Below, piece after piece: positions 35,666 through 48,592 of a DNA stretch of 64,000 nt. The notes beneath the pieces were generated by a model. It did no database searches. It was not told the origin of the DNA and worked only from the letters and a program-made list of their open reading frames with translations. Position numbers and translations under genes: made by a program. Within the stretch, counting starts at the first letter, position 1, and the number at the start of each line of letters is the position of its first letter. Source of the stretch: Macrostomum hystrix (lineage: Eukaryota > Animalia > Platyhelminthes); the NCBI GenBank assembly GCA_950097015.1, contig CATNEN010000001.1, forward strand, positions 25,420,001 through 25,484,000. The letters run 5' to 3'.

Positions 35666-36384
35666 TCATATTTATGTCATATTTTTTTCCAATACTTCTT
35701 TGCAAGCTCATCATACTCTGTTACTAGCGACCTGTCCGCAGGCCTTCGACTTTTCTTCATCGCTACAATGAGACCTGAGCACTTGCCATCCAGCACCCAC
35801 CCCTCCACTCGCTACAATGAGACCTGAGCACTTGCCATCCAGCACCCACCCCTCCACTCGCTACGCGCCCCTCGCCCTCCACACAATGAGCCGAGTGGAT
35901 TGTCCCTGCCCCCTCAGAAGACTAGCTTGCTGCCTTTGCCTCCGTGCTCACTGCACTGAGCGGTTTGGGTGAACCCGACTCAACCCACTCTTTCCGCTTT
36001 GAGCTTGGTGTGCTAAATATTGTACATCCCAGCACCGCCATTGTTGTGGGCTGCAGAAGTTTGCCAGGCTGAGCAGTTTTGTGACTGGAGCCCCAGCTAA
36101 TTTGAGCTGTTCTCAGCCCCGAGTGTCTCGGCTCAAGCAGCTTTTTCACTGACATTTGAATTTATTTTTCTGAAAGCTGCTGATTTAATTATCCAGTCCC
36201 ATTGGACACCATTAACACAGCCGTGCTTGCACTACTGTGGCAGCAAGTATTTGAAATCTCTTACAATTGATATCACTGCAGCTATATTCTCTGCAGAAAA
36301 ACCTGTCTAAGCAGTTGATCTCCTTTGCACTTTGAACTCTTTCAGGCACTTCTTGAAATTTTATCGATTTCGGGCAATGAGAAT

Positions 36385-36921
36385 CGATTTGGGGAATGGG
36401 GATCGATGGGGGAATGGGATCGAGTAGGGGGAATGGGGATCGAGTTAAGGGAATGAGAATCGAGTTGAGTGAATGGGGATCGATTTTAGGGAATGGGGAT
36501 CGATTTGGGGGAATGGGGATTGAGTTGAAGGGAATGGGGATCAAGTTGAGGGAATGGGGATCGAGTTGGGGAATGGGGATCGAGTTGGGGAATGGGGATC
36601 GAGTTGGGGGAATGGGGATCGAGTTGGGGGAATGTGGATCGAGTTGGGGGAATGTGGATCGAGTTGAGGGAATGCGGATCGAGTTGGGGGAATGGGGATC
36701 GAGTTGGGGAATGGGGATCGAGTTGGGGGAATGGGGATCGAGTTGAGGGAATGGGGATCGAGTTGGGGGAATGGGGATCGAGTTGGGGGAATGTGGATCG
36801 AGTTGAGGGAATGGGGATCGAGTTGAGGGAATGGGGATCGAGTTGAGGGAATGGGGATCGAGTGGAGGGAATGGGGGGTCGAGTGGAGGTAATGGGAATC
36901 GAGTTAAAGGAATGGGGATCC
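36385..36921. repeat. 20-bp G-rich minisatellite (GGGAATGGGGATCGAGTTGR)
   Basis: Tandem units. Confidence 0.95.
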
Positions 36922-37821
36922 AATAGAGTGGATTAGGGATACAGTAGTTGAGAGCATTACTAGCTTGTATGAGCCAATTTCAAATTCGAGTCCAGTTTGT
37001 TAAACTTGAGTTGCATTTTCAACCCACCTTGAACTGAAAGTGCGGCAGCCACCGAACCGCAGCTGCATGAAATCCGGTTTCAACCGGTTCAGTCGCTGTC
37101 TATGGCGCATTTGTTCAGCGCCTTTCTGCAGTTTTGTAAAAGTTCGCGGAGTTGGGGTGGGTGTCTTTCGAGTCGCTTTCTCAAGCCCGCCCTCCCGAGT
37201 TCTCAAAGTGCTGAGCACTGACGGCCCCCAGCCGCTCATCTCAAAATAAGTTTTGTTGATTTTATCTTTTGTTTCAATTCAACTGCTGCATTGTGCTTGA
37301 CTGCTCAATTATCTTCTGCTCAGCTTTAGTCCCTATGTCTGCCCAGAGCTGCTCACTTGAGTTCACTTTTTTCTCTGCCTAGCCGACTCATTTTATTGAA
37401 ATTCCATTTGAAGCAGCTCAGATTTTGGCCCTGCTCACCCTGAGCAGTGCTCACTGTTGTCTCCAGTTTGCACTGCAGGGCAGCTGGCTGAGGGAGGGCC
37501 GATGGACTCAGAATAAGGACCTCTAAAAATAGCACCTGCACTCTGTGAGCAGATTCGAAAACCCGATGAGATGCTCAGAATTCAAGTTGAATGGAATCGG
37601 CCATGGCAGAGAGAATTTTAGCAGCACAAATGCCTGATTCTGCAGCCTGGGCTCGAACCCACAGCCTGCGGAGTCCCAGCCGATTCTCCCAACTGCCGTC
37701 ACTCTGCAGGACATTTATAATTATGATTTATGATTCCAGCTGGCTCACCATGGGAGCGGGCAGAGGACATTGCAGCAGGAGGCGCCCACGACTGCAAGAG
37801 ACAGAAGAGCGAGAGAATGAA

Positions 37822-38362
37822 GGGATTAGCATGTCTTAAAGGGATTAGCATGTCCTACAAGGATTAGCATGTCCTACAAGGATTAGCATGTCTTAAAGGG
37901 ATTAGCATGTCCTACAAGGATTAGCATGTCCTACAAGGATTAGCATGTCCTACAAGGATTAGCATGTCCTACAAGGATTAGCATGTCCTACAAGGATTAG
38001 CATGTCGTACAAGGATTAGCATATCCTACAAGGATTAGCATGTCCTACAAGGATTAGCATGTCTTAAAGGGATTAGCATGTCCTACAAGGATTAGCATGT
38101 CCTACAAGGATTAGCATGTCCTACAAGGATTAGCATGTCCTACAAGGATTAGCATGTCCTACAAGGATTAGCATGTCCTACAAGGATTAGCATGTCCTAC
38201 AAGGATTAGCATGTCTTAAAGGGATTAGCATGTCCTACAAGGATTAGCATGTCCTACAAGGATTAGCATGTCCTACAAGGATTAGCATGTCCTACAAGGA
38301 TTAGCATGTCCTACAAGGATTAGCATGTCCTACCAGGATTAGCATGTCCAGCATGGATTAGC
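37822..38362. repeat. 19-bp minisatellite (GGATTAGCATGTCCTACAA), first array
   Basis: Tandem units. Confidence 0.95.
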
Positions 38363-38980
38363 GACTTTGCCTGTAGTTTTAAGTTAAGACCATTCTCCGC
38401 ATTAATTTTCTTAATTTTATATTTTGAGTCCGAGGTTTCGTCAAACTGAGTTGAGTGAGTGCGAATTAATTTTCATTAGCCTTGAGCAGACATTATGCCC
38501 GGAAGATATTACGTCGACAATGCGACAATAAATCCAGTTCGAAACGGTTGAGCAGCCCTGCACCGTAAGTCCTGAGCAGTGCTAGGCTTGGGGATGCTAT
38601 TTTATTTTTTATAACCGACCGCTTGTTTTACTGCACTGAAAACGGCCCGTCGACCTCCCCCGCTCCGAGAGCGCAGGTGAAAGAAGCTGAGAGACGGGCC
38701 GGGCAGGGATGGAGACTCGCTGCGACAAACTCGAGAAACTGGAGGCTGCGGACTGGCGCCACCTGCTTTGCCCTTTTCCATTGTGAGCCGCAGACTGGGC
38801 GGCTGCTTTCAAACTCAAATTTATTTTCAGTGCCACAATGAGCACAAATTGCCCAGCCAAGAATAAGCAAATATATGAAGTGACTCAAATCAGTTCTCAC
38901 TTTTAGCAAACCGATTGGGCAGGAAATGGCTGGATTTTACTCTGTGCTCACCTTGAGCTGTGGCTTAGTGAGGAGCCCTT

Positions 38981-39737
38981 AACACCCTCTGCCTTCTCTG
39001 ACACCCTCTGCCTTCCCTGACACCCTCTGCCTTCCCTGACACCCTCTGCCTTCCCTGACACCCTCTGCCTTCCCTGACACCCTCTGCCTTCCCTGACACC
39101 CTCTGCCATCCCTGACACCCTCTGCCATCTCTGACACCCTCTGCCTTCCCTGACACCCTCTGCCTTCCCTGACACCCTCTGCCTTCCCTGACACCCTCTG
39201 CCATCCCTGACACCCTCTGCCATCCCTGACACCCACTGCAATCTCTGACACCCTCTGCCATCCCTGACACCCTCTGCCATATCTGAAACCCTCTGCCTTC
39301 CCTGACACCCTCTGCCTTCCCTGACACCCTCTGCCATCCCTGACACCCTCTGCCATCCCTGACACCCTCTGCCATATCTGAAACCCTCTGCCTTCCCTGA
39401 CGTCCTCTGCCTTCCCTGACACCCTCTGCCTTCCCTGACACCCTCTGCCATATCTGACACCCTCTGCCTTCCCTGACACCCTCTGCCTTCCCTGACACCC
39501 TCCGCCTTCCCTGACACCCTCTGCCTTCCCTGACACCCTCTGCCATCCCTGACACCCTCTGCCATGCCTGACACCCTCTGCCATGCCTGACACCCTCTGC
39601 CATATCTGACACCATCTGCCTTCCCTGACACCCTCCGCCTTCCCTGACACCCTCTGCCTTCCATGACACCCTCTGCCTTCCCTGACACCCTCTGCCTTCC
39701 CTGACACCTTCTGCCATATCTGACACCCTCTGCCACC
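38981..39737. repeat. 19-bp minisatellite (ACCCTCTGCCTTCCCTGAC)
   Basis: Tandem units. Confidence 0.95.
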
Positions 39738-39850
39738 CTTGTTAGCCTCCGAAGAATTAGATTGGAAACAGGCAAAGCCTGCTGACTCGCAATTATAGCT
39801 CGACTCAAAGGCTGTCCAATTAAGGTGAGCTTCGCTAGGTCCGACAAGCG

Positions 39851-40164
39851 TACAAGGATTAGCATGTCCTACAAGGACTAGCATGTCCTACAAGGATTAG
39901 CATGTTCTACAAGGATTAGCATGTCCTACTAGGATTAGCATGTTCTACAAGGATTAGCATGTCCTACAAGGATTAGCATGTCCTACAAGGATTAGCATGT
40001 TCTACAAGGATTAGCATGTTCTACAAGGATTAGCATGTTCTACAAGGATTAGCATGTTCTACAAGGATTATAGCATGTCCTACAAGGATTAGCATGTCCT
40101 ACCAGGATTAGCATGTCCTACAGGGATTAGCATGTCCTACAAGGATTAGCTTGTACTACAAGGA
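39851..40164. repeat. 19-bp minisatellite (GGATTAGCATGTCCTACAA), second array
   Basis: Same unit as 37822-38362. Confidence 0.95.
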
Positions 40165-41870
40165 TCGCATAAGATTTCTGCGAAAAATTCGAAAGCAAAT
40201 GGTGCTGGTCAAACGGGATGCCGAATGTTAATTAAAAAGATACATTTTTACTTGAGCCGAATGTGAGGCCGGATGAGCTGGGATCGAGTTGAGTGAATCG
40301 GCGCGAGTTAAGGTAATGGGTTTGAAAAAAATCTATAAATTTGTCATTTTGAGTCAGAGGTTTTTCATGCTAATTTTTTATGTGATAACCTTGAGCTGAA
40401 ATTGTGTTCGCAAGCGAGACTGAGACAATGAATCCAGTTCGAACCAGTTTAGCTGTTTTGCACCTTAAGTTTTGGGGATGCACTTTGATTACTTTTTTAA
40501 CCGACCGCTTGTTTACTGCATCTCAATTAAATAGCCATTCGGCCTTCCCTCGCTCCGAGAGCGCAGATGAAAGAAGCTGAGAGATGGGCCGAGCAGAGGG
40601 CGATTCCACAATTCCATAAACACTAGAAACTTGCGGCTGCGGAGTGGCGCCACGTGCATTGCCCTATTGAACGTGAGCTGAGAAACTTGTCCACTGACGA
40701 AAATAGACAAACAATAATAGGCAAAGATATGAAGAGATGCAAATAAATAATTTACGTTCAGTGAAGTGATAGAAACGAAATCTACTGCCAGTAGCTGTGG
40801 CTTAGCACAAAGCCGATGAAATATTCTGAAACGGACACACTTTTTTGCTTTCGCAAAAGCAACGCAAACATTTTTGCTACAGAACAGGATGGGAAGCCTC
40901 CTTGCTTGCATCGCCCCTGAGCCTGAATATAGAACCTGGAAGGACACTTCCCACGAATCCCGGGGTTGTAATGTAAATTAACTCGTAAAATACACAAGTA
41001 ATAACAAAAAGTATTTGTCCTTTAGTAAATTAGAATTCATTAAAGATTTGGGGGACTGTTTTGGCTTAACGAAACGAATTATTTTATTTTTTATATGGCG
41101 CTATATAATCTAAGACATACAATTCAGACTGAACGGACAATATTTAAGCAGTTTTTTCCGAGAAGAGAGATCTAAACTAATGCCTACTACTTAAACCGAT
41201 TGTGGTCTGTGGAGGTTTCGTCTTTCAGCTCATTTTTTGGTGAATCTGACTGTTAAACTGAACCTTCCATGCACAGTATAATCTAGTGATGTAATTTATA
41301 TGTTTTAATATAAAAAACAACAGTAAGAGTGCTATTAATAATATCTACTGTACTACATAATTACTTAAAAGAGTTGTTGTAATCTCCAGCTGGTATTTTT
41401 AATAAATCTCTCTCATAATTGCTAAGTTGTCACAATAATTCATTATGCAAAGACAATTTAGAAAGAATAACCCTACACAGAATTTTATTTGCTGTAATTG
41501 TCACATGGGATAAAATTAAGCATCTGTCTTTAGTTCTGTATTTTTAATGCTTAATGCTAATGGTTCTTTCAACTGAACGATCCACTTAAAAAATAAATAT
41601 GTGGTAATTTTTTAAACGATTTTGCTAGTGCATTTAAACAATTATGCATTACACAATGAATTTGTTTCCAAGAAATTATTATAAGTAGTGTAAGTTGTAA
41701 AATATTTGAAAGCTGGTAATGTGTCTGTGTATATTTCTTAGAATTATATATTTTTTTTGTTTATCTTGCTACAAAATGATTGTCTACTTGTACATTAGTT
41801 ATTTATTGAATATTATAACAACTTTGGTAGCCCTAGTAACCCTAGAGCTGTCTCACCTGAGATCTTCCAG

Positions 41871-44167
41871 TGCGCGAGCAGACGCTGTACCTGAAGGCTG
41901 ATCGACCGCTGCGGCCGGGCGATCGACTCACCACTCGACTGACCAGCAGCGACGATGCCGACGAAGAAATGACCGCCGCCGACAATGCCGAGGCTGCTGA
42001 TCCGCAGGAACTCCAGCAGGTCCGCGTAGAAGACGACGATTGCGATGATGACGAGTCCGCGGTGCGTCCTGAAGCAGCCGAGCCGCAGAAGAGAGCGGCG
42101 AGCGTCGACCCCTGCGGCTCCGACAGTCGGCTGGCCAAGACGCCGCGCCTGCAGACGGGCCGCGCCCAGAAGACCGAAGCCGCCGTCCGCTCTCGGATCC
42201 GCAGCTGCGCCAGGTGCGGCCTGTACTTCACCTCGGCCTGGATGCTGCGCACCCACCGCCAGTTCCACGGCCTGTTCGACAGCGGCGCAACCGCCCAGCT
42301 GCGGAGACGGCGGCGACGACCGCTGCGCGACAGTCGGCCGGAGCTGGTGCTGGCGGCTCCCGTGCTCAGTGACTGGGGCAGCATCTCCTACGTGCCAGTC
42401 AGCCCAGCGCAGTACTCGACTGAGGCTCCGCAGCGGCTGCAGCTGCGGCAGCGAAGGCTGCAGCAGCCGCAGCTGGAGGAGCAACCGATGATGGAGCAGC
42501 AGGAAGCTGGCTCGGATGTTAGCGGGTGAGTATCTGTGCAAATACAATCTCTCTAATCAGTGGCTTCAGTTTCTCGCACCGCCTCTGATCTCTGAAACCC
42601 GCGATTCTGTGAAACCCAGCAGCGGCTGCTCGCCAGATCTGCCATCTGAGACCGCGGCGCTGGACCTGACCCTGCCCAGAGCGCCGTCTCCGCCGAGGAG
42701 CACCGTCAGTGCGGGACCATTGTCCAGAGCGGCCCCCAGCCTTCAGCAGCAGCAGCAGCCCAGGCAGCGCAGCCAGCCGCCAGTCGACGGCCTCGACCAG
42801 CAGAGCCGCCCGGGCCCAGAGCAGTCGCCGAGTCCGAGAGGAAATCTCAGCCTTCGGCCGGCCCCGTGTCCAGCCTGATGAGTGTGTGCAAGGACTGCAA
42901 GATCGGCTTCTTCAACTACAACAACTACGTTGTGCACCGCTCTCTATACTGCCAGAGCAGCCGCTTGGCTCAGGGGGCTGGCACACCCGGCAACTCGGGC
43001 CGCACAGCCAAGCTGCCACTGCAGCAGCAGCAGCAGCCAGCCATCCAGCTGCAGGAGCAAAAGCAGACTCCAATCCTAGCAGTTCCTGTTCTGCCAACAC
43101 CCAAGCTCGAGGCCCAACCCCCTGCGGTAGCCGGCAGCGCGAGTCACTCTCCCACTGGATCAGCTGAGCGCAAATTCCAGTGCCCCTACTGCCAGATCCG
43201 ATTCCACTCGCCATCCACCCTCACAGCGCATCAGGCGTTCTACTGCCCGGAGAATCCAGACAAAACTGCGCCCTCCAACACGGCCACCAACACACTGCCA
43301 TCGACTGCCGCAGCTCCAGCTGCTGCTGCTGCTGCTGCTGCTGCCTCTGCATCGACTGCCGACAGTTCGGCATCAGCCACGTCAGCTGCCGCCACCGGCG
43401 ACGCGGCAGGGTCCGGCTGCAGTCAGCCGTCCTGGCTGCCGATCTCTCTGGACGTCGGTGGAAGCGGAGCCGGCGGCTACAAGTGCTCCATCTGCGGCTA
43501 CATCGGCCAGACTGAGCGCGGCATGAAGATGCACGCCAAGGTGCACTGCGGCTTCGGCGGCGGCAGCGGCCTCGGCACCGTGGCGGCTCCCAGCGGCGGC
43601 AGCTCCTCCTCAGCGCTGTCCCCATCGGAGACTTCAACAGGCGACGGCATCCGGCTGCCGAACGCCTTCGCCGGCGACCTGCTGTGCAGCATGAGCCCAG
43701 AGGAGCTCGGCATGCTGCAGCACAAAACACAGCCCTACAGCAAGCGGAGAACTTTTAAACGAGTGGCGTCGCCACTGGCGCAGCAGCAGCAGCAGACACT
43801 CCAGCTGCCACTGTCGCTTCACCCGGAGCTGCTCCGACATCAGCTCCAACAGCTGCATCAGCAGCACCAGCTGGCCATCTCTGCTGCCGGAGCCAGCGCC
43901 GCAGCCGCTGCTGCTGCGGCCGTTGCTGGAGCTGGCTTTCGACTGAGCCATTGCGGCAGAGACAGCGAAGATGCTCAGCAGCAGCAGCAGCTGGATCAGC
44001 TGGTCTGTGTTCGCTGCGGCGAGTCATTTGAACAGCTGGAGTCCCTGCTGGAGCATCAGGAGACCGCCTGCGCCGGCCTGAGCACCACTGCCGCGGCTGC
44101 CGTAGAAGCGGCGGCTGCGGCCGTCAAGCTGGAGGTGCGGGCAGCTGACAGCCTTGGCAGAGTTTAG
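41871..44167 (+). pseudogene. ZFPM: FOG/ZFPM-like copy B, 5'-truncated and frameshifted
   Basis: Lacks equivalents of exons 6528-6676 and 9450-9618. A 2-bp insertion at ~42838 (CCGAGAGGAAA versus CCGAGGAAA) splits the last exon into ORFs 42516-42878 and 42866-44167. Confidence 0.75.
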
Positions 44168-44329
44168 TGGATGCGGCTCAACATTATCTATGCGTAATAT
44201 ACTACTGCCCTTCTCTATGATGCCATTTCAATACATCAATGGGCTGCAGATGGGATTCGAATACAACCTTTGAATGCTTCTGTGACTGGGAATCAGGATT
44301 CTTCGAATCATGGGAATCTGACGACAGGG

Positions 44330-44530
44330 GATTCTGTGAATCATGGGGATTGGGGAAAGATTGGATTCTGTGAATCATGGGGATTGGGGAAAGATGGGAT
44401 TCTGTGAATCATGGGGATTGGGGAAAGATGGGATTCTGTGAATCATGGGGATTGGGGAAAGATGGGATTCTTTTAATTATGGAAATTTGTTAAAATGGGA
44501 TTCTATGAATCATGGGGATTGGGGAAAGAT
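44330..44530. repeat. 34-bp tandem repeat (GGGATTCTGTGAATCATGGGGATTGGGGAAAGAT)
   Basis: Four consecutive units here, versus one at the matching position in copy A (~12343-12377). Confidence 0.85.
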
Positions 44531-44889
44531 GAATTATTTAAAATATCTTTTCATCCCGCCCGCAGTCCAGTAGGACATGAGTTTAAACAATAAACAATTT
44601 CAAATTTAGATTCTGAAGACTTATATTGTTTAGCCAAGTGACACACCCGCCAATTACAATTTACTGCACAGTGAATACACTTTGAATTGCTTAAAAATTA
44701 TTGTGCTTCAAATAGCAGAAAAATCTGTACATCAATACTTGTGAGTAGTATGTGACATGCAAATATATTCATTGTTGCCCTGGCAACCAAATTTGCAAAG
44801 CTGCTCCAATCACGGACAGCAATCACGCATATAAACTATTTGTGATTATTGTGTTCTAGTCTACTGTCTTATCAATTGTTAGATTTATC

Positions 44890-47800
44890 TCATGTTTTTA
44901 TGTCACTCTCTCATGTCTTCTGTCACCCTCTCATATCTTCTGTCACTCTCTCATGTCTTTTGTCACTCTCTCATATCTTCTATCACTCTCACATGTCTTT
45001 TGTCACTCTCTCATATCTTCTGTCACTCTCTCATATCTTCTGTCACTCTCTCATGTCTTTTGTCACTCTCTCATATCTTTTATCACTCTCTCATGTCTTC
45101 TGTCACTCTCTCATGTCTTCTGTCACTCTCTCATATCTTCTGTGACTCTCCCATGTCTTCTGTCACTCTCTCATATCTTCTGTCACTCTCTCATGTCTTC
45201 TGTCACTCTCTCATGTCTTTTGTCACTCTCTCATGTCTTCTGTCACTCTCTCATGTCTTCTGTCACTCTCTCATGTCTTCTGTCACTCTCTCATATCTTC
45301 TGTCACTCTCTCTTATCTTCTGTCACTCTCTCATGTCTTCTGTCACTCTCTCATATCTTCTGTCACTCTCTCATATCTTCTCTCACTCTCTCATGTCTTC
45401 TGTCACTCTCTCATGTCTTCTGTCACTCTCTCATGTCTTCTGTCACTCTCTCATGTCTTCTGTCACTCTCTCTTATCTTCTGTCACTCTCTCATATCTTC
45501 TGTCACTCTCTCATATCTTCTCTCACTCTCTCATGTCTTCTGTCACTCTCTCATGTCTTCTGTCACTCTCTCATGTCTTCTGTCACTCTCTCATGTCTTC
45601 TGTCACTCTCTCATATCTTCTGTCACTCTCTCATGTCTTCTGTCACTCTCTCATATCTTCTGTCACTCTCTCATATCTTTTATCACTCTCTCATGTCTTA
45701 TGTCACTCTCTCATATCTTCTGTCACTCTCTAATTTCTTCTGTCACTCTCCCATGTCTTCTGTCACTCTCTCATGTCTTCTGTCACTCTCTCATATCTTC
45801 TGTCACTCTCTCATATCTTTTATCACTCTCTCATGTCTTATGTCACTCTCTCATGTCTTTTGTCACTCTCTCATATCTTCTATCACTCTCACATGTCTTT
45901 TGTCACTCTCTCATATCTTCTGTCACTCTCTCATATCTTCTGTCACTCTCTCATGTCTTTTGTCACTCTCTCATATCTTTTATCACTCTCTCATGTCTTC
46001 TGTCACTCTCTCATGTCTTCTGTCACTCTCTCATATCTTCTGTGACTCTCTCATGTCTTCTGTCACTCTCTCATATCTTCTGTCACTCTCTCATGTCTTC
46101 TGTCACTCTCTCATGTCTTTTGTCACTCTCTCATGTCTTCTGTCACTCTCTCATGTCTTCTGTCACTCTCTCATGTCTTCTGTCACTCTCTCATATCTTC
46201 TGTCACTCTCTCTTATCTTCTGTCACTCTCTCATGTCTTCTGTCACTCTCTCATATCTTCTGTCACTCTCTCATATCTTCTCTCACTCTCTCATGTCTTC
46301 TGTCACTCTCTCATGTCTTCTGTCACTCTCTCATGTCTTCTGTCACTCTCTCATGTCTTCTGTCACTCTCTCTTATCTTCTGTCACTCTCTCATATCTTC
46401 TGTCACTCTCTCATATCTTCTCTCACTCTCTCATGTCTTCTGTCACTCTCTCATGTCTTCTGTCACTCTCTCATGTCTTCTGTCACTCTCTCATGTCTTC
46501 TGTCACTCTCTCATATCTTCTGTCACTCTCTCATGTCTTCTGTCACTCTCTCATATCTTCTGTCACTCTCTCATATCTTTTATCACTCTCTCATGTCTTA
46601 TGTCACTCTCTCATATCTTCTGTCACTCTCTAATTTCTTCTGTCACTCTCCCATGTCTTCTGTCACTCTCTCATGTCTTCTGTCACTCTCTCATATCTTC
46701 TGTCACTCTCTCATATCTTTTATCACTCTCTCATGTCTTATGTCACTCTCTCATATCTTCTGTCACTCTCTAATTTCTTCTGTCACTCTCCCATGTCTTC
46801 TGTCACTCTCTCATGTCTTCTGTCACCCTCTCATATCTTCTCTCACTCTCTCATATCTTCTGTCACTCTCTCATATCTTCTGTCACCCTCTCATGTCTTC
46901 TGTCACTCTCTCATGTCTTCTGTCATTTCTCATATCTTCTGTCACTCTCTCATATCTTCTGTCACTCTCTCATATCTTCTGTCACTCTCTCATGTCTTCT
47001 GTCACTCTCTCATATCTTCTGTCACTCTCTCATGTCTTCTGTCACCCTCTCATATCTTCTGTCACTCTCTCATATCTTCTGTCACTCTCTCATATCTTCT
47101 GTCACTCTCTCATGTCTTCTGTCACTCTCTCATATCTTCTGTCACTCTCTCATATCTTCTGTCACTCTCTCATATCTTCTGTCACTCTCTCATGTCTTCT
47201 GTCACTCTCATATCTTCTGTCACTCTCTCATGTCTTCTGTCACTCTCTCATATCTTCTGTCACTCTCTCATGTCTTCTGCTGTCACTCTCTCATGTCTTC
47301 TGTCACTCTCTCATATCTTCTGTCACTCTCTCATATCTTCTGTCACTCTCCCATATCTTCTGTCACTCTCTCATGTCTTCTGTCACTCTCTCATATCTTC
47401 TGTCACTCTCTCATATCTTCTGTCACTCTCCCATATCTTCTGTCACTCTCTCATGTCTTCTGTCACTCTCTCATATCTTCTGTCACTCTCTCATGTCTTC
47501 TGTCACTCTCTCATATCTTCTGTCACTCTCTCATATCTTCTGTCACTCTCTCATATCTTCTGTCACTCTCTCATGTCTTCTGTCACTCTCATATCTTCTG
47601 TCACTCTCTCATGTCTTCTGTCACTCTCTCATATCTTCTGTCACTCTCTCATGTCTTCTGTCACTCTCTCATATCTTCTGTCACTCTCTCATGTCTTCTG
47701 TCACTCTCCCATGTCTTCTGTCACTCTCTCATGTCTTCTGTCACTCTCTCATATCTTCTGTCACTCTCTCATATCTTCTGTCACTCTCTCATGTCTTCTG

Positions 47801-47928
47801 TCACTCTCTCATATATTCTGTCACTCTCTCATATCTTCTGTCACTCTCTCATGTCTTCTGTCACTCTCCCATGTCTTCTGTCACTCTCTCATGTCTTCTG
47901 TCACTCTCTCATATATTCTATCACTCCC
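44890..47928. repeat. 20-bp minisatellite (TGTCACTCTCTCATRTCTTC), copy B, ~150 units
   Basis: Tandem units, including an internal 900-bp duplication. Confidence 0.95.
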
Positions 47929-48442
47929 ATCGAATTGTCCCTTCAGCAAACACATTGGCAATGAATTAGCAGCTCAACAACATAACATAGACGGTGGCAG
48001 TGCCAGAGCATTCGTCTGCGTCTTTAGCAATGGTGGAGGAGTCAGGAAGTGACAAATTTCAATGCGCGATGTACGCTACTCGAATGCTTGGTTGTTAGTA
48101 GTATAAAACGCATTCGCAATACAGAAATGAGATCAGACTCACCGCTTCTCCATTTCTAGTGAGCACAGACAGGCTGGATTTCACTCCCATGCTGGAGAAT
48201 TCTCCAATCTCCGAATGGCGACACTTGCTCCAGCCGATGAAGCTAGAGAGTCTGTACATAACATGGTTGCGAATTCCATTTCTGAAGGAATTTTATTGAT
48301 TCGTTTTATCATTTCGGTAACCCAATTAAGTCGACAATCCTTACCATTTAGAGATCTTCAGTGCACCCAACAAGCTGCAAAACTGATGTAACTGGGGGAT
48401 GGAACAATACGAGCGCTAGAAATCCCACCGTGCTGATCCCAA

Positions 48443-48497
48443 CCCTGGACCCCCGATCCACGGACTACTCAAGTAGACTACTATCTACTACTACTAT

Positions 48498-48592
<95 letters not shown>

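Noticed and set aside
41828-41846. Telomere-addition scar at the duplication breakpoint (GCCCTAGTAACCCTAG)
   Set aside because: There is only one TAACCC unit, which is too short to distinguish from chance.
44849-48052. Long ORFs up to 1025 aa, and similar ones at 1116, 8694, 17042, 24532, 34194, 38948, 56972 and 58866
   Set aside because: These are translations of stop-free minisatellite units, often open in several frames, with no domain content.
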